Source of the DNA: an uncultured virus (IMG/VR IMGVR_UViG_3300046794_000135)
Taxonomy: Duplodnaviria > Heunggongvirae > Uroviricota > Caudoviricetes
Direction: 5' to 3' (one strand)
Virus record (IMG/VR): IMGVR_UViG_3300046794_000135
DNA length: 20,000 bases
Below, in pieces: positions 6,954 to 15,067 of this stretch (position 1 is the stretch's first letter; each line of letters opens with the position of its first letter). The translations under genes were made by a program, and so were the position numbers. The notes below the pieces were generated by a model that saw only the letters and a list, made by a program, of their open reading frames with translations, was not told the DNA's origin and ran no database searches.

Positions 6954-7144
6954 CCAGTATCCAGGAAAAGATCGATTTTGTTTCGGGGCAGATCCACAGC
7001 AAGCAGCAATGGCTCCTAGACCACGGAGAGGGAACAAAGCGCCCTTGGCCGTCGAGCGACATCGAATCCAAGCAGCAGCATCTCGTGATGCTGGAGGCGA
7101 TCCTTGCCGACTATCTATCCGCTCAATCGAGGAAGGCATCATGA
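6950..7144 (+). CDS. Hypothetical protein
   Basis: MTSIQEKIDF..., ATGA-coupled on both sides. Confidence 0.7.
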   Translation: MTSIQEKIDFVSGQIHSKQQWLLDHGEGTKRPWPSSDIESKQQHLVMLEAILADYLSAQSRKAS

Positions 7145-7332
7145 GCGACAGCGCCCTCAAACTGTTCCGCGGCGGCTTTGACTATGTCGAGATCGCCAAC
7201 ATGCTCCGCACCACGGAGGCCGAGATAGAAAAGCGGATCCACGCCGAACGTGATGTCGAAACGAACAAGGCCCGCATGCGTGTCTGGCGCCGGGAGTACA
7301 TGCGCCGGCAGAGAGCGGAGAAGCGGGCATGA
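7141..7332 (+). CDS. Small HTH-like basic protein
   Basis: ALKLFRGGFDYVEIANMLRTTEAEIEKRI resembles an HTH; coupled overlaps; SD GAGGAAGG. Confidence 0.7.
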   Translation: MSDSALKLFRGGFDYVEIANMLRTTEAEIEKRIHAERDVETNKARMRVWRREYMRRQRAEKRA

Positions 7333-7670
7333 ACAAGTACCGCAACCAGCCAGTAGAGATCGACGGATTTCGCTTCTCCAGCAAGAAAGAAGCCAACCGC
7401 TATTGCGAGCTGAAGCTTCTGCAGAGGGCCGGGGAGATATCGCACCTCGAGATCCAGCCACGCTTCAAGCTTCTCGTGAACGGTTCAGCGCTGAAATACG
7501 AGAGCGGACGACAGGCGGTCTACATCGCGGACTTTGCGTACTTCGACCCGTCACGCGAGCGGCGGATTGTTGAAGACGTGAAGAGCCCCGCGACGAGAAC
7601 GCCGCTCTACAAGCTCAAGAAGTGCCTTGTCGAGGCAATCTATCCCGCAGTGAAAATCATCGAGATCTGA
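7329..7670 (+). CDS. DUF1064-family PD-(D/E)xK endonuclease
   Basis: NKYRN...IDGFRFSSKKEANRY.EL...GEI..LE.QP.F...YIADFAY...IVEDVKS...YKLKK signature. Confidence 0.9.
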   Translation: MNKYRNQPVEIDGFRFSSKKEANRYCELKLLQRAGEISHLEIQPRFKLLVNGSALKYESGRQAVYIADFAYFDPSRERRIVEDVKSPATRTPLYKLKKCLVEAIYPAVKIIEI

Positions 7671-7679
7671 GAGGCGAGC

Positions 7680-8006
7680 ATGAACGACTTTGACGAATTT
7701 TGGTCCCTCTATCCACGGCGCATATCAAAGCGCACAGCCCAGAAGGCTTGGGACAAGGAAACGAAGCAGACGGCTCCCGCAGTCATCATCACCGGCCTCC
7801 GTCGTCAGCTTCCATACCTCACCAGCAAAGACCCTCAGTTCATCCCCCACGCCTCGACCTGGCTAAATCAAGCCCGTTGGGAAGATGAGGTTCAACCAAT
7901 TCGCAGCAACACCGGACGCAGGACAATTGCAGATGCGGCAAGATCATTCCTCAGCACCAATTATAGCGGCGATGCTTTCGGGGTTCCCAGCATCGAGCGC
8001 CATTGA
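7680..8006 (+). CDS. Stand-alone C-terminal domain of a phage replication initiator-type protein
   Basis: FDEFWSLYPRRISKRTAQKAW ... FIPHASTWLNQARWEDE motifs; own SD GAGG; no room for an N-terminal domain. Confidence 0.75.
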   Translation: MNDFDEFWSLYPRRISKRTAQKAWDKETKQTAPAVIITGLRRQLPYLTSKDPQFIPHASTWLNQARWEDEVQPIRSNTGRRTIADAARSFLSTNYSGDAFGVPSIERH

Positions 8007-8379
8007 TCCCGATATGCAGATTAGAGCCTACCTAATGGCAGTTGAAGGGATAGCGCAGGAGGCAATAGCCCGCGCTGCTCGTCTCTTCATCACAGGACAG
8101 GTGAAGGACCACAACCGGGACTTCGCCCCATCGTGCGCCTCCTTTGCCGACCAATGCCGCTATCAACAGTCTGTCATCGAAGCAGCGGCCCGCCCACGCA
8201 TCGAGGTGAAGCAGGAGACCACGCCCGCGCCGCAGGTATCCCCTCTCAAACTCAAGCTTCTCCATGAGGCTCTGCAAGGCAACGTCGCAGCAACAGAAGA
8301 ACTCAAGAAAATGTATCCCGACCTACCGGTGTGGCGCATGGCCGATCTCCCGGTGTCTAAGCTTATGGAAAGCGAGTAA
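7933..8379 (+). CDS. Putative helicase-loader/replication accessory protein (start uncertain: 7933 or 7972)
   Basis: IAAMLSGFP...YLMAVEG...AI..AA..F..G...FAPSCASF pattern; position directly after the initiator-type gene. Confidence 0.55.
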   Translation: MRQDHSSAPIIAAMLSGFPASSAIDPDMQIRAYLMAVEGIAQEAIARAARLFITGQVKDHNRDFAPSCASFADQCRYQQSVIEAAARPRIEVKQETTPAPQVSPLKLKLLHEALQGNVAATEELKKMYPDLPVWRMADLPVSKLMESE

Positions 8380-8384
8380 CAGCG

Positions 8385-8975
8385 ATGAACATGCACACGA
8401 CAAATGAACTCACAGCAGAACTCACGACCCACTACAGCGATATTCGCAGGAAGCTTATGGGCATAGCGCCGAGGAAGGGTATTCCTTCCCCAGTCGCAGC
8501 CAAGAAGGCAGACGACAGCGAACTGGTCGCCAGTTTACAGCGTGACAAGGTTTCGCTTGAAGCCGAACTGAACGACGCACGTCGCAGCCTTCGCTATGTG
8601 GCTGAGAAAGAGAAGATGCATCGCGAGACGGAACGCAGGCTGGAAAAGCTTGAGCTCGACCTGTCCGATGCTCGCGCCCGCATTCTCAGCCAAGCCGAGA
8701 TGATGAAGGTGCTGGATGAGAAAGAGGGATTCGGTGAAGTAACCGACAAGCGCCGGCCAGTTAAGGAGATTATCGCGGAAGTGCTGAAGGGCTATCCCGG
8801 CATCAAATGGGAAGACATCAAGGGCATTCGCCGCACCCGCGACCTGATCGCGCCGCGCCATGCTTGCATGAAGGCCGTCTACGAAGAGCGGAAAGACCTG
8901 TCTTTGCCGAAAATTGGGGATGTATTCTCACGCGACCACACCACAATCTTGCATGCTGTAATGAAAACAACCTAA
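8385..8975 (+). CDS. Coiled-coil protein with C-terminal DnaA domain IV-like HTH (Bac_DnaA_C)
   Basis: LIAPRHACM......DLSLPKIGDVFSRDHTTILHAV matches the DnaA signature SLP.IG..F.RDHTTV.HA. Confidence 0.88.
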   Translation: MNMHTTNELTAELTTHYSDIRRKLMGIAPRKGIPSPVAAKKADDSELVASLQRDKVSLEAELNDARRSLRYVAEKEKMHRETERRLEKLELDLSDARARILSQAEMMKVLDEKEGFGEVTDKRRPVKEIIAEVLKGYPGIKWEDIKGIRRTRDLIAPRHACMKAVYEERKDLSLPKIGDVFSRDHTTILHAVMKTT

Positions 8976-9022
8976 TAGTGCATACGATAACAAAGGCATC
9001 ATACATTTAGGAGCGGCACTAA

Positions 9023-9655
9023 ATGGCATCACGTGCAGAAAAACTCAGGTCAAAGCGTGCATCACGAAGCGTAGGGCGTCCTCGTAAAGAGGGCGTCGAT
9101 CGGTATCCAAGCGGGGATATCAAGCGTCATGAGACAGAAAAGGACGTTCTCAGCGTGGCATTGGAAGCGAGACAGCGGATACACGGTCTATCGGAAAACA
9201 ACGCCCTGGCTGGCTATACGCTGGGACGCATGTTTCTCGACGGCGCTATCAACGAAGAGCAGCGCAAGGCCGGTGACGACTACGCGGAAATCATCAGCCG
9301 CTATCATCGCCTCGTTGGAATCCCATATCCAAGCGCACGTGCGCAATCGCTGTTCACGGTGAAGGGTCACGACGGGGAAGTGACGGAAAGCCTCGCCAAG
9401 CGTGCCAGAGACGCCAGCAATCGCATGATGGAGGTGGAGGGTATTCTGCTTCGCTGCGTCGACGGCCCACAGGTCAAGGGAACGGTCTATAACCTATGCG
9501 TTATGGATTACGACCACCTGCGGGGGATGGCTCCTCAACAATTGTTGTGGCTGAAGCGGGGATTGAACGCGTTGCTCAAAAGCAAGGAGTTGCGTGAGAA
9601 AGGCAAATCAGTTATGAGTTGGGATATTCCATTCTCAGAACTGTCACCAGTTTAA
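9023..9655 (+). CDS. Hypothetical protein, putative late-gene regulator (Q-like position)
   Basis: Strong SD AGGAG; basic N-terminus with AT-hook-like GRPRK; last early gene before the packaging module; function inferred from position. Confidence 0.7.
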   Translation: MASRAEKLRSKRASRSVGRPRKEGVDRYPSGDIKRHETEKDVLSVALEARQRIHGLSENNALAGYTLGRMFLDGAINEEQRKAGDDYAEIISRYHRLVGIPYPSARAQSLFTVKGHDGEVTESLAKRARDASNRMMEVEGILLRCVDGPQVKGTVYNLCVMDYDHLRGMAPQQLLWLKRGLNALLKSKELREKGKSVMSWDIPFSELSPV

Positions 9656-9885
9656 AGGGTCGGCTTCGGCCTCTAGAGCACGTCTCCCCTGAAGAGGGGT
9701 TTCGCTAAGCCGGGGGCCGACACTCAAATCCTTGTTCGCAAGGTCGGCAGGATGGCCTCTGCCGCTTCAATTCGAGGCAATGCCTCAACGCCATCGGGAA
9801 GGCCAGTCCAATTGGGCGTAGTCGGACACGATAAAGAGCAACGCCAAGCTCTGCCTTCCCGACAATCATCCTTTCAGGGATTGAG
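9656..9885 (+). ncRNA. Candidate structured RNA/leader including a three-way junction with complementary loops
   Basis: Hairpins CCCCT-GAAG-AGGGG, CCTTG-TTCG-CAAGG and GAGGC-AAT-GCCTC; 10-bp P1 9794-9803/9853-9862 enclosing two stems whose loops GGCGT and ACGCC are complementary. Confidence 0.55.
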
Positions 9886-10074
9886 ATGAGCGACACAGAC
9901 GCATTCTCCCCTCTCGATGACTACTGCTACATCCTCGAAGCTTCCACAGACGACGGTATTCAAGGCTGGGCGCTCATAGACAGCGACGGCGAGCTTGAAG
10001 TCTTCGCAGAGAGCCGCAGAGACGTGCTCTACTACGCCGCAGCGCATGAAATCCAGATCGTCAAGCCGAATTAG
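9886..10074 (+). CDS. Small acidic protein, DUF1150-like
   Basis: WALIDSDGELEVFAESRRDVLYYAAAHEIQIV resembles the DUF1150 C-terminal pattern (L...DG......DSR..A...A..HEL..V). Confidence 0.55.
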   Translation: MSDTDAFSPLDDYCYILEASTDDGIQGWALIDSDGELEVFAESRRDVLYYAAAHEIQIVKPN

Positions 10075-10190
10075 GGCTCTTGGACGGTCGCGAATACAAC
10101 CTAGCAGGTTGTGCAAACTCCCAAAAATGACACCCACTCCCACGGCCAGTACCAACGCCAAGTTGATTAGGCCGTAAAATGAGGCCCAAA

Positions 10191-10478
10191 ATGCCTAAAG
10201 TAGGCTTAGATAGATCCAAAACGGGCAGGGCGAAGGGAACCCCGAACAAGACGACCGCGCTCTTGAAAGATGCGATCCTTCAGGCGGCAGAACTCGCCGG
10301 CGACAAGGTCGGCAATGATGGCCTTGTCTCTTACCTCACAGCCCAGGCGATCGATAACCCGGGCCCGTTCCTATCTCTCCTCGGCAAGGTTCTGCCAATC
10401 CAAATGGTTGGCGACCCAAATAACCCGATCGTCACCATAACCAAGATCGAGCTTGTTGCTCCTGATGGCAACAGCTAG
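10191..10478 (+). CDS. terS: Terminase small subunit
   Basis: GRAKGTPNKTT.LLKDAIL.AA...G...YL...A..NP..FL.LLGKVLP motif; directly upstream of terL; SD GAGG. Confidence 0.8.
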   Translation: MPKVGLDRSKTGRAKGTPNKTTALLKDAILQAAELAGDKVGNDGLVSYLTAQAIDNPGPFLSLLGKVLPIQMVGDPNNPIVTITKIELVAPDGNS

Positions 10479-11766
10479 GCTCGAGCTGCCTCCGAAGCTT
10501 ATCCCTGTTTTCATGGGTGAGGCTCGCTACAGAGGTGCATACGGCGGCAGAGGGTCAGGCAAGACACGAACTTTTGCCAAGATGGCGGCGGTCAAAGGAT
10601 ACCAGCTTTCGCAGGCTGGTCAGACAGGGGTTATCGTCTGCGGTCGTGAGTTCATGAACTCGCTTGATGAAAGCTCGATGGCCGAGGTGAAGGCGGCGAT
10701 TGCTTCCGAGCCGTGGCTCGCTGCTCATTACGACGTTGGCGAGAAATACATCCGCACCTTGGATGGCCGCATCTCGTTTGCGTTCATTGGGTTGCGGCAC
10801 AATCTCGATAGCATCAAGTCGAAATCGCAGATCCATTTGCTATGGGTTGATGAGGCCGAGCCGGTATCGGACGCGGCATGGATCAAGATCACGCCAACAG
10901 TTCGTGAGCATAATTCAGAAATCTGGGTCACATGGAACCCAGAGCGAAAGAACAGCGCCACCCACAAACGCTTTAGGGAAGACCCTCCAGAGGGGTCGAA
11001 GATTGTCGAGATCAACTACACCGACAATCCCTGGTTCCCTCATGTGCTTGAGATTGAGCGCCTGAACGACTTCCACAAGCGGCCCGATCAATACCCCCAC
11101 ATATGGGAGGGTGATTTTGTCACTGTTGTCGAAGGCGCGTATTTTGCCAAGGCTTTGGCGGTCGCTCGTCAGGAGAAGCGCATCGGTGCCGTTGCCCAAG
11201 ACCCGCTCATGCCGAAGAAGGCATATTGGGACATAGGCGTTAGTGACGCCACAACGATCTGGGTCGTGCAGTTCATCGGCCATCAGATCAGGGTCATCGA
11301 TTATTACGAGGTTGAGAACCAACCTCTGTCGGCTCACCTCGAATGGATGCGGGCCAAAGGGCATGGAAGCGCCGAATGTGTTCTGCCGCATGACGGCGAG
11401 CATCGGGATGCGGTGACAGCCATCCGGTTTGAGGATCACATCCGATCGGCAGGGTTTGAGGTCCGCACTGTTGCCAACCAAGGCAAGGGCGCGGCGATGA
11501 AGCGCGTTGAAGCTGCCCGTCGCCTGTTCCCGAACATGTGGTTCGATCAAGAGAAATGCTCGGCAGGCTTGGATGCGCTGGGCTGGTATCACGAAAAGAG
11601 AGACGAAGAGCGCGGCGTTGGTCTCGGTCCAATGCACGACTGGGCATCTCACGGGGCCGACAGCTTTGGCCTCATGGCTGTGGATCATGAAGAGCCATAC
11701 ACGCCCGCCTCTCGCAAAAGATATTCCTCACGCGGCGGTTCTTCCGCATCTTGGATGGCTGGCTGA
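10465..11766 (+). CDS. terL: Terminase large subunit (PBSX/Terminase_3-like, probably headful packaging)
   Basis: Walker A YGGRGSGKT, Walker B LLWVDEAE, coupling motif TWNP, nuclease motifs WDIG and SHGADSF. Confidence 0.95.
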   Translation: MATARLELPPKLIPVFMGEARYRGAYGGRGSGKTRTFAKMAAVKGYQLSQAGQTGVIVCGREFMNSLDESSMAEVKAAIASEPWLAAHYDVGEKYIRTLDGRISFAFIGLRHNLDSIKSKSQIHLLWVDEAEPVSDAAWIKITPTVREHNSEIWVTWNPERKNSATHKRFREDPPEGSKIVEINYTDNPWFPHVLEIERLNDFHKRPDQYPHIWEGDFVTVVEGAYFAKALAVARQEKRIGAVAQDPLMPKKAYWDIGVSDATTIWVVQFIGHQIRVIDYYEVENQPLSAHLEWMRAKGHGSAECVLPHDGEHRDAVTAIRFEDHIRSAGFEVRTVANQGKGAAMKRVEAARRLFPNMWFDQEKCSAGLDALGWYHEKRDEERGVGLGPMHDWASHGADSFGLMAVDHEEPYTPASRKRYSSRGGSSASWMAG

Positions 11767-13811
11767 TGGCTGATTACAACGACACAGCAGATGATGCGCC
11801 GCGCGGCAAAAACGCCGAACTGACGCGCACGCTGAAGTCCTGGTATGCTGAAGACATCAAGCATGTGGCCGAATGGCGCCGTATTGCCCGTGAAGACTAC
11901 GAGTTCTATAACGGTGACCAGTGGTCGCAGGACGACATGAACACCCTGCGCGATCAAAAGCGCCCAGCACTCACGTTCAATCGCATCGGCCCGCTGGTTA
12001 ACGCTGTCGTCGGGTCTGAGATCAACAATCGCCGTGAGGTGCAGTACATCCCGCGTGAGCAGGGTGACGCCATTGCCAACGAAATCCTGACATCAGCCGG
12101 TGAATGGTTCCGCGACCAGACCGGCGCCGAGGACGAAGAGTCGGACGCCTTCGAAGATGCCACGATTTGCGGTATGGGCTGGACAGACACCCGGCTTGAT
12201 TTCGAGGACGACCCTGACGGCGCACCGCAGATCCGCCGCCTCGACCCGCTGAAGATGGTTTGGGACTGCAACGCCTCAAAGCCTAACCTGGAAGACGCCC
12301 AGCGCCTTTGGTACGTGGACGAGAAGCCATATTCCGAAGTCAAGCAGATGTTTCCTGATGTTGCCAGGGAATTGCTCAATGCAGGTTGGGCCAAGACGCT
12401 CGGCAATGACCAAGCAAAGCCACATGATCAGGACCAAGCTGACCTGTATTCCGGCGATCAGAATGAGTTTTCCAGCGGATATTCGCGCAAGATGTGCACG
12501 CTGGTGGAATGCCGGTGGTTTGAGAAGGTGCCTTACTATCGCGGTCCCGATATGCAGACGATGCAGCCACGGGAGTACAGCGAGGAGCAGGTAAAGCTCA
12601 TCCGCAAGGATTTGCCCAACTTCCCGGCTGTCCGTCAATATCGGAAGGTAGTCAAGCGGGCGTTCATCGGTGCTGAAGTGCTGGCCGATCCGGATCAGCC
12701 GCTCGTCCCTCCTGGAATGTTCGGTTGGGAATGCATCACCGGCTACCGGGATAAGCTGAAGCGCACGTTCTACGGCATTGTTCGGCCTGCCAAAGACCCA
12801 CAGCGCTGGTCAAACAAGTTCTTCAGCCAGACGCAGTTCTTGCTCAACAGCCAGTCCAAGGGCGGCATCATTGCTGAACATGGGTTGGCGGAAGACCCGC
12901 GCCAGTTCGAAGAGAGCTGGGCCAAGACAGACGCGATTTCATGGGCAAAGCAGGGTGCGCTCTCTGGGCAGAACCCGAAGTTCATGCCGAAGCCCGTTGC
13001 ACAGTTCCCAAGCGGCTTCTTCACGCTGTTCAATGAGAGCAAGGAAGCCATCAGCCAGGTCACCGGCCTTTCGCCTGAATTCATCGGAACACGCGAAGTC
13101 GATCAGGCTGGCGTGCTGGAATATCAGCGCCGGCAATCATCCCTCAACCTGCTTGCGTCATTGTTCAATAGCCTGCGCCGGTATCGTAAGCGTCAGGGCA
13201 AGACAATGCTTTACCTCATCCAGAACCACCTCAGTGATGGTCGCCTCGTTCGCATCGTCGGGGATGACAAGGCTCAGTATGTGCCGCTCACCAAGGAAGC
13301 GGTGGCAAGCTCTCAGTACGACATTATCGTTGACGACGCGCCGACCAGCCCGAACGAGAAGGACCGCACATGGCAGATCATCTCCCAGATGCTGCCTATG
13401 CTGAAGGACTACATGACGCCGGAAGTCGGGCTCGAAATACTGAAATGGTCGCCTCTCCCCGCCTCTATGGTTAGCAAGCTGGAGCGCAAGGCCAAGGAAG
13501 CAGCCGAAGAGGCAGCACAGCAGCCGCCGCCGCCGACGCCCGAAGAACAGAAGATGATGCTTGAACAGCAGAAGGCGCAATTGTCTATGCAGGGCATGCA
13601 GGCCGATCTCGCGGCGCAGCAGCAGAAAAATCAGATGGATGTCCAGATGAAGGGGATCGATCTGATGGCAAAGCAGCGTGAGGCTGAGATTGACGGTGCG
13701 GTTAGTGCGGCGAAGCTTCAGCAGGACGCCCAGCGCCTCGCCATTCAGGAGCAGCAGAACGCTATCCAAGCCCAGAACGCTAATTCCCGCCGGATATCAT
13801 CGGCAGACTGA
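11766..13811 (+). CDS. Portal protein (P22-like, with long Gln-rich C-terminal coiled coil)
   Basis: FYNGDQW...RPALTFNRI.P.VN.V.G; 681 aa directly after terL; Q/A-rich C-terminal tail. Confidence 0.92.
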   Translation: MADYNDTADDAPRGKNAELTRTLKSWYAEDIKHVAEWRRIAREDYEFYNGDQWSQDDMNTLRDQKRPALTFNRIGPLVNAVVGSEINNRREVQYIPREQGDAIANEILTSAGEWFRDQTGAEDEESDAFEDATICGMGWTDTRLDFEDDPDGAPQIRRLDPLKMVWDCNASKPNLEDAQRLWYVDEKPYSEVKQMFPDVARELLNAGWAKTLGNDQAKPHDQDQADLYSGDQNEFSSGYSRKMCTLVECRWFEKVPYYRGPDMQTMQPREYSEEQVKLIRKDLPNFPAVRQYRKVVKRAFIGAEVLADPDQPLVPPGMFGWECITGYRDKLKRTFYGIVRPAKDPQRWSNKFFSQTQFLLNSQSKGGIIAEHGLAEDPRQFEESWAKTDAISWAKQGALSGQNPKFMPKPVAQFPSGFFTLFNESKEAISQVTGLSPEFIGTREVDQAGVLEYQRRQSSLNLLASLFNSLRRYRKRQGKTMLYLIQNHLSDGRLVRIVGDDKAQYVPLTKEAVASSQYDIIVDDAPTSPNEKDRTWQIISQMLPMLKDYMTPEVGLEILKWSPLPASMVSKLERKAKEAAEEAAQQPPPPTPEEQKMMLEQQKAQLSMQGMQADLAAQQQKNQMDVQMKGIDLMAKQREAEIDGAVSAAKLQQDAQRLAIQEQQNAIQAQNANSRRISSAD

Positions 13812-13891
13812 ACACCATCCACCCAGGATGGTTTCGCCCGCGTTGAGCGCATCACGCTTCGTAAGCCCACGTCACGGGCAGGAAGAAAACC

Positions 13892-14089
13892 ATGACCGAG
13901 AAAGAAATACTGGCCCTCTGCCACAAGGCGGGGTTCAAAACCGCGTCCGTTGAATTCTCTACGGAAAGCCCCGACTACAAGGTCAACGTGGGCGCCGATG
14001 GCGTTGAATACGGCTCCAAGTTCTCCGAAGGCACGACGGCAGACAACCTTAAGATATGGCTCGACGGCCTCAAAGGGGAGGCTGCCTAA
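13892..14089 (+). CDS. Small hypothetical protein
   Basis: 65 aa, SD AGGAAG, TAATG coupling to the scaffold gene. Confidence 0.7.
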   Translation: MTEKEILALCHKAGFKTASVEFSTESPDYKVNVGADGVEYGSKFSEGTTADNLKIWLDGLKGEAA

Positions 14090-15009
14090 TGGAGAGCGTA
14101 GAACTTTCACCATCGGAACAGGCGTTCTTTGAGTCTGGTGGTCAGACCGAGATTGTCGAAACACCAGCAGAAACGTCCAGCGAGCCAGCGCAGATCGAAC
14201 AGACCGGCGTCGTTCAGGAAGTATCCAGCGAACGCGATGAAAAGGGACGCTTTGTCCCGCACCAAGCGCTCCATGCAGAGCGTGAGGAACACAAGAAGAC
14301 CAAATCGGAGCTTGAGCAGATCCGGCAACGTCAGGCAGTGCTTGACGATCGGTGGAACACGCTTCTGAAGGCAAACCAGCCCGCCGAGGCCCAGCAGCCA
14401 GCCGCCCCGCCGAATCCTGAAGAGGATATCTTCGCCTATTCGAAGTGGCAGGCCGATCAGCTCAAGGCCCTTCAGGACAAGGTTGACGGTCGCGAACAAC
14501 AGGAACAGCAGTCAAGGCAGGAAGTCGAGCAGGAGCAGGCCCTGTGGGGCGAATGGAGCCAGTCGGCGCAATCTTATGCGGCAACGCAGACGGATTTCGG
14601 TGATGCGGTCAAGTTCCTCTCAGACGCCCGTGACCGGCAGCTTCAGGCACTCTCGATCGCCAACCCCGGCTTTGCCAACGAGCAGGGCAGGGTGCAGCAG
14701 ATCAACACGGAACTGAAGTCGATCGTTATTGCGGCCAAGCAGCAGGGCATGAGCCCTGCCGAGGCCGTCTACAAGATTGCGCAGGGGTATGGTTATGCGG
14801 CGGCTCCGCCCTCGCTGAAGCTCCCTGACAGCCTCGCCAAGATCGACGCTGCTCAGAATGCATCCCGCACGCTTGCGGCCTCTCCTGGTCGTGATGCGGG
14901 CGATCCAATGTCGGCGGAAGCAATCGCCAGCATGTCAAACACCGAATTCGACACCTGGTATCGCGATCCAGCGAATGCCAAGCGGTTCGATGCACTGATG
15001 AGAGGGTGA
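14089..15009 (+). CDS. Capsid scaffolding protein
   Basis: Acidic N-terminus, RDEKGRF and VP..AL..ER motifs, coiled coil; lies between portal and capsid; SD GGAGG. Confidence 0.8.
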   Translation: MESVELSPSEQAFFESGGQTEIVETPAETSSEPAQIEQTGVVQEVSSERDEKGRFVPHQALHAEREEHKKTKSELEQIRQRQAVLDDRWNTLLKANQPAEAQQPAAPPNPEEDIFAYSKWQADQLKALQDKVDGREQQEQQSRQEVEQEQALWGEWSQSAQSYAATQTDFGDAVKFLSDARDRQLQALSIANPGFANEQGRVQQINTELKSIVIAAKQQGMSPAEAVYKIAQGYGYAAAPPSLKLPDSLAKIDAAQNASRTLAASPGRDAGDPMSAEAIASMSNTEFDTWYRDPANAKRFDALMRG

Positions 15010-15041
15010 TTGTTGCAAGGCTTTCACTCTGATGAGGCCAC

Positions 15042-15067
15042 AAGGCGGGGCCATATCCGCCTTTTCG
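15042..15067 (+). terminator. Hairpin, possible weak terminator between scaffold and capsid genes
   Basis: AAGGCGG/CCGCCTT stem followed by TTCG; short U-tract. Confidence 0.35.

Noticed and set aside
9712..9790. GGGGGCC...GGCCTCT resembling P1 of CPEB3/HDV-like ribozymes
   Set aside because: P3/L3 would need a loop of about 20 nt, and no P1.1, J4/2 or P2 arrangement fits
9656..9885. Possible tRNA gene in the late leader
   Set aside because: No acceptor stem with correctly spaced D-arm and GTTCRA T-loop; TTCG here caps a plain hairpin
10915..11688. Long antisense ORFs, e.g. 257 aa here, 13158-13769, 16266-16901, 6558-7160 and 18340-18906
   Set aside because: Shadow frames of well-supported + strand genes in GC-rich DNA; no motifs or RBS
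13500..13790. CAG/CCG-rich low-complexity repeats
   Set aside because: They encode the ordinary Gln/Pro/Ala-rich portal C-terminal coiled coil
15029..15052. CTGATGAG followed by GCC-ACAA-GGC, resembling a hammerhead ribozyme core with stem II
   Set aside because: The required GAAA after stem II is absent (GGGG instead), and stems I and III cannot be built
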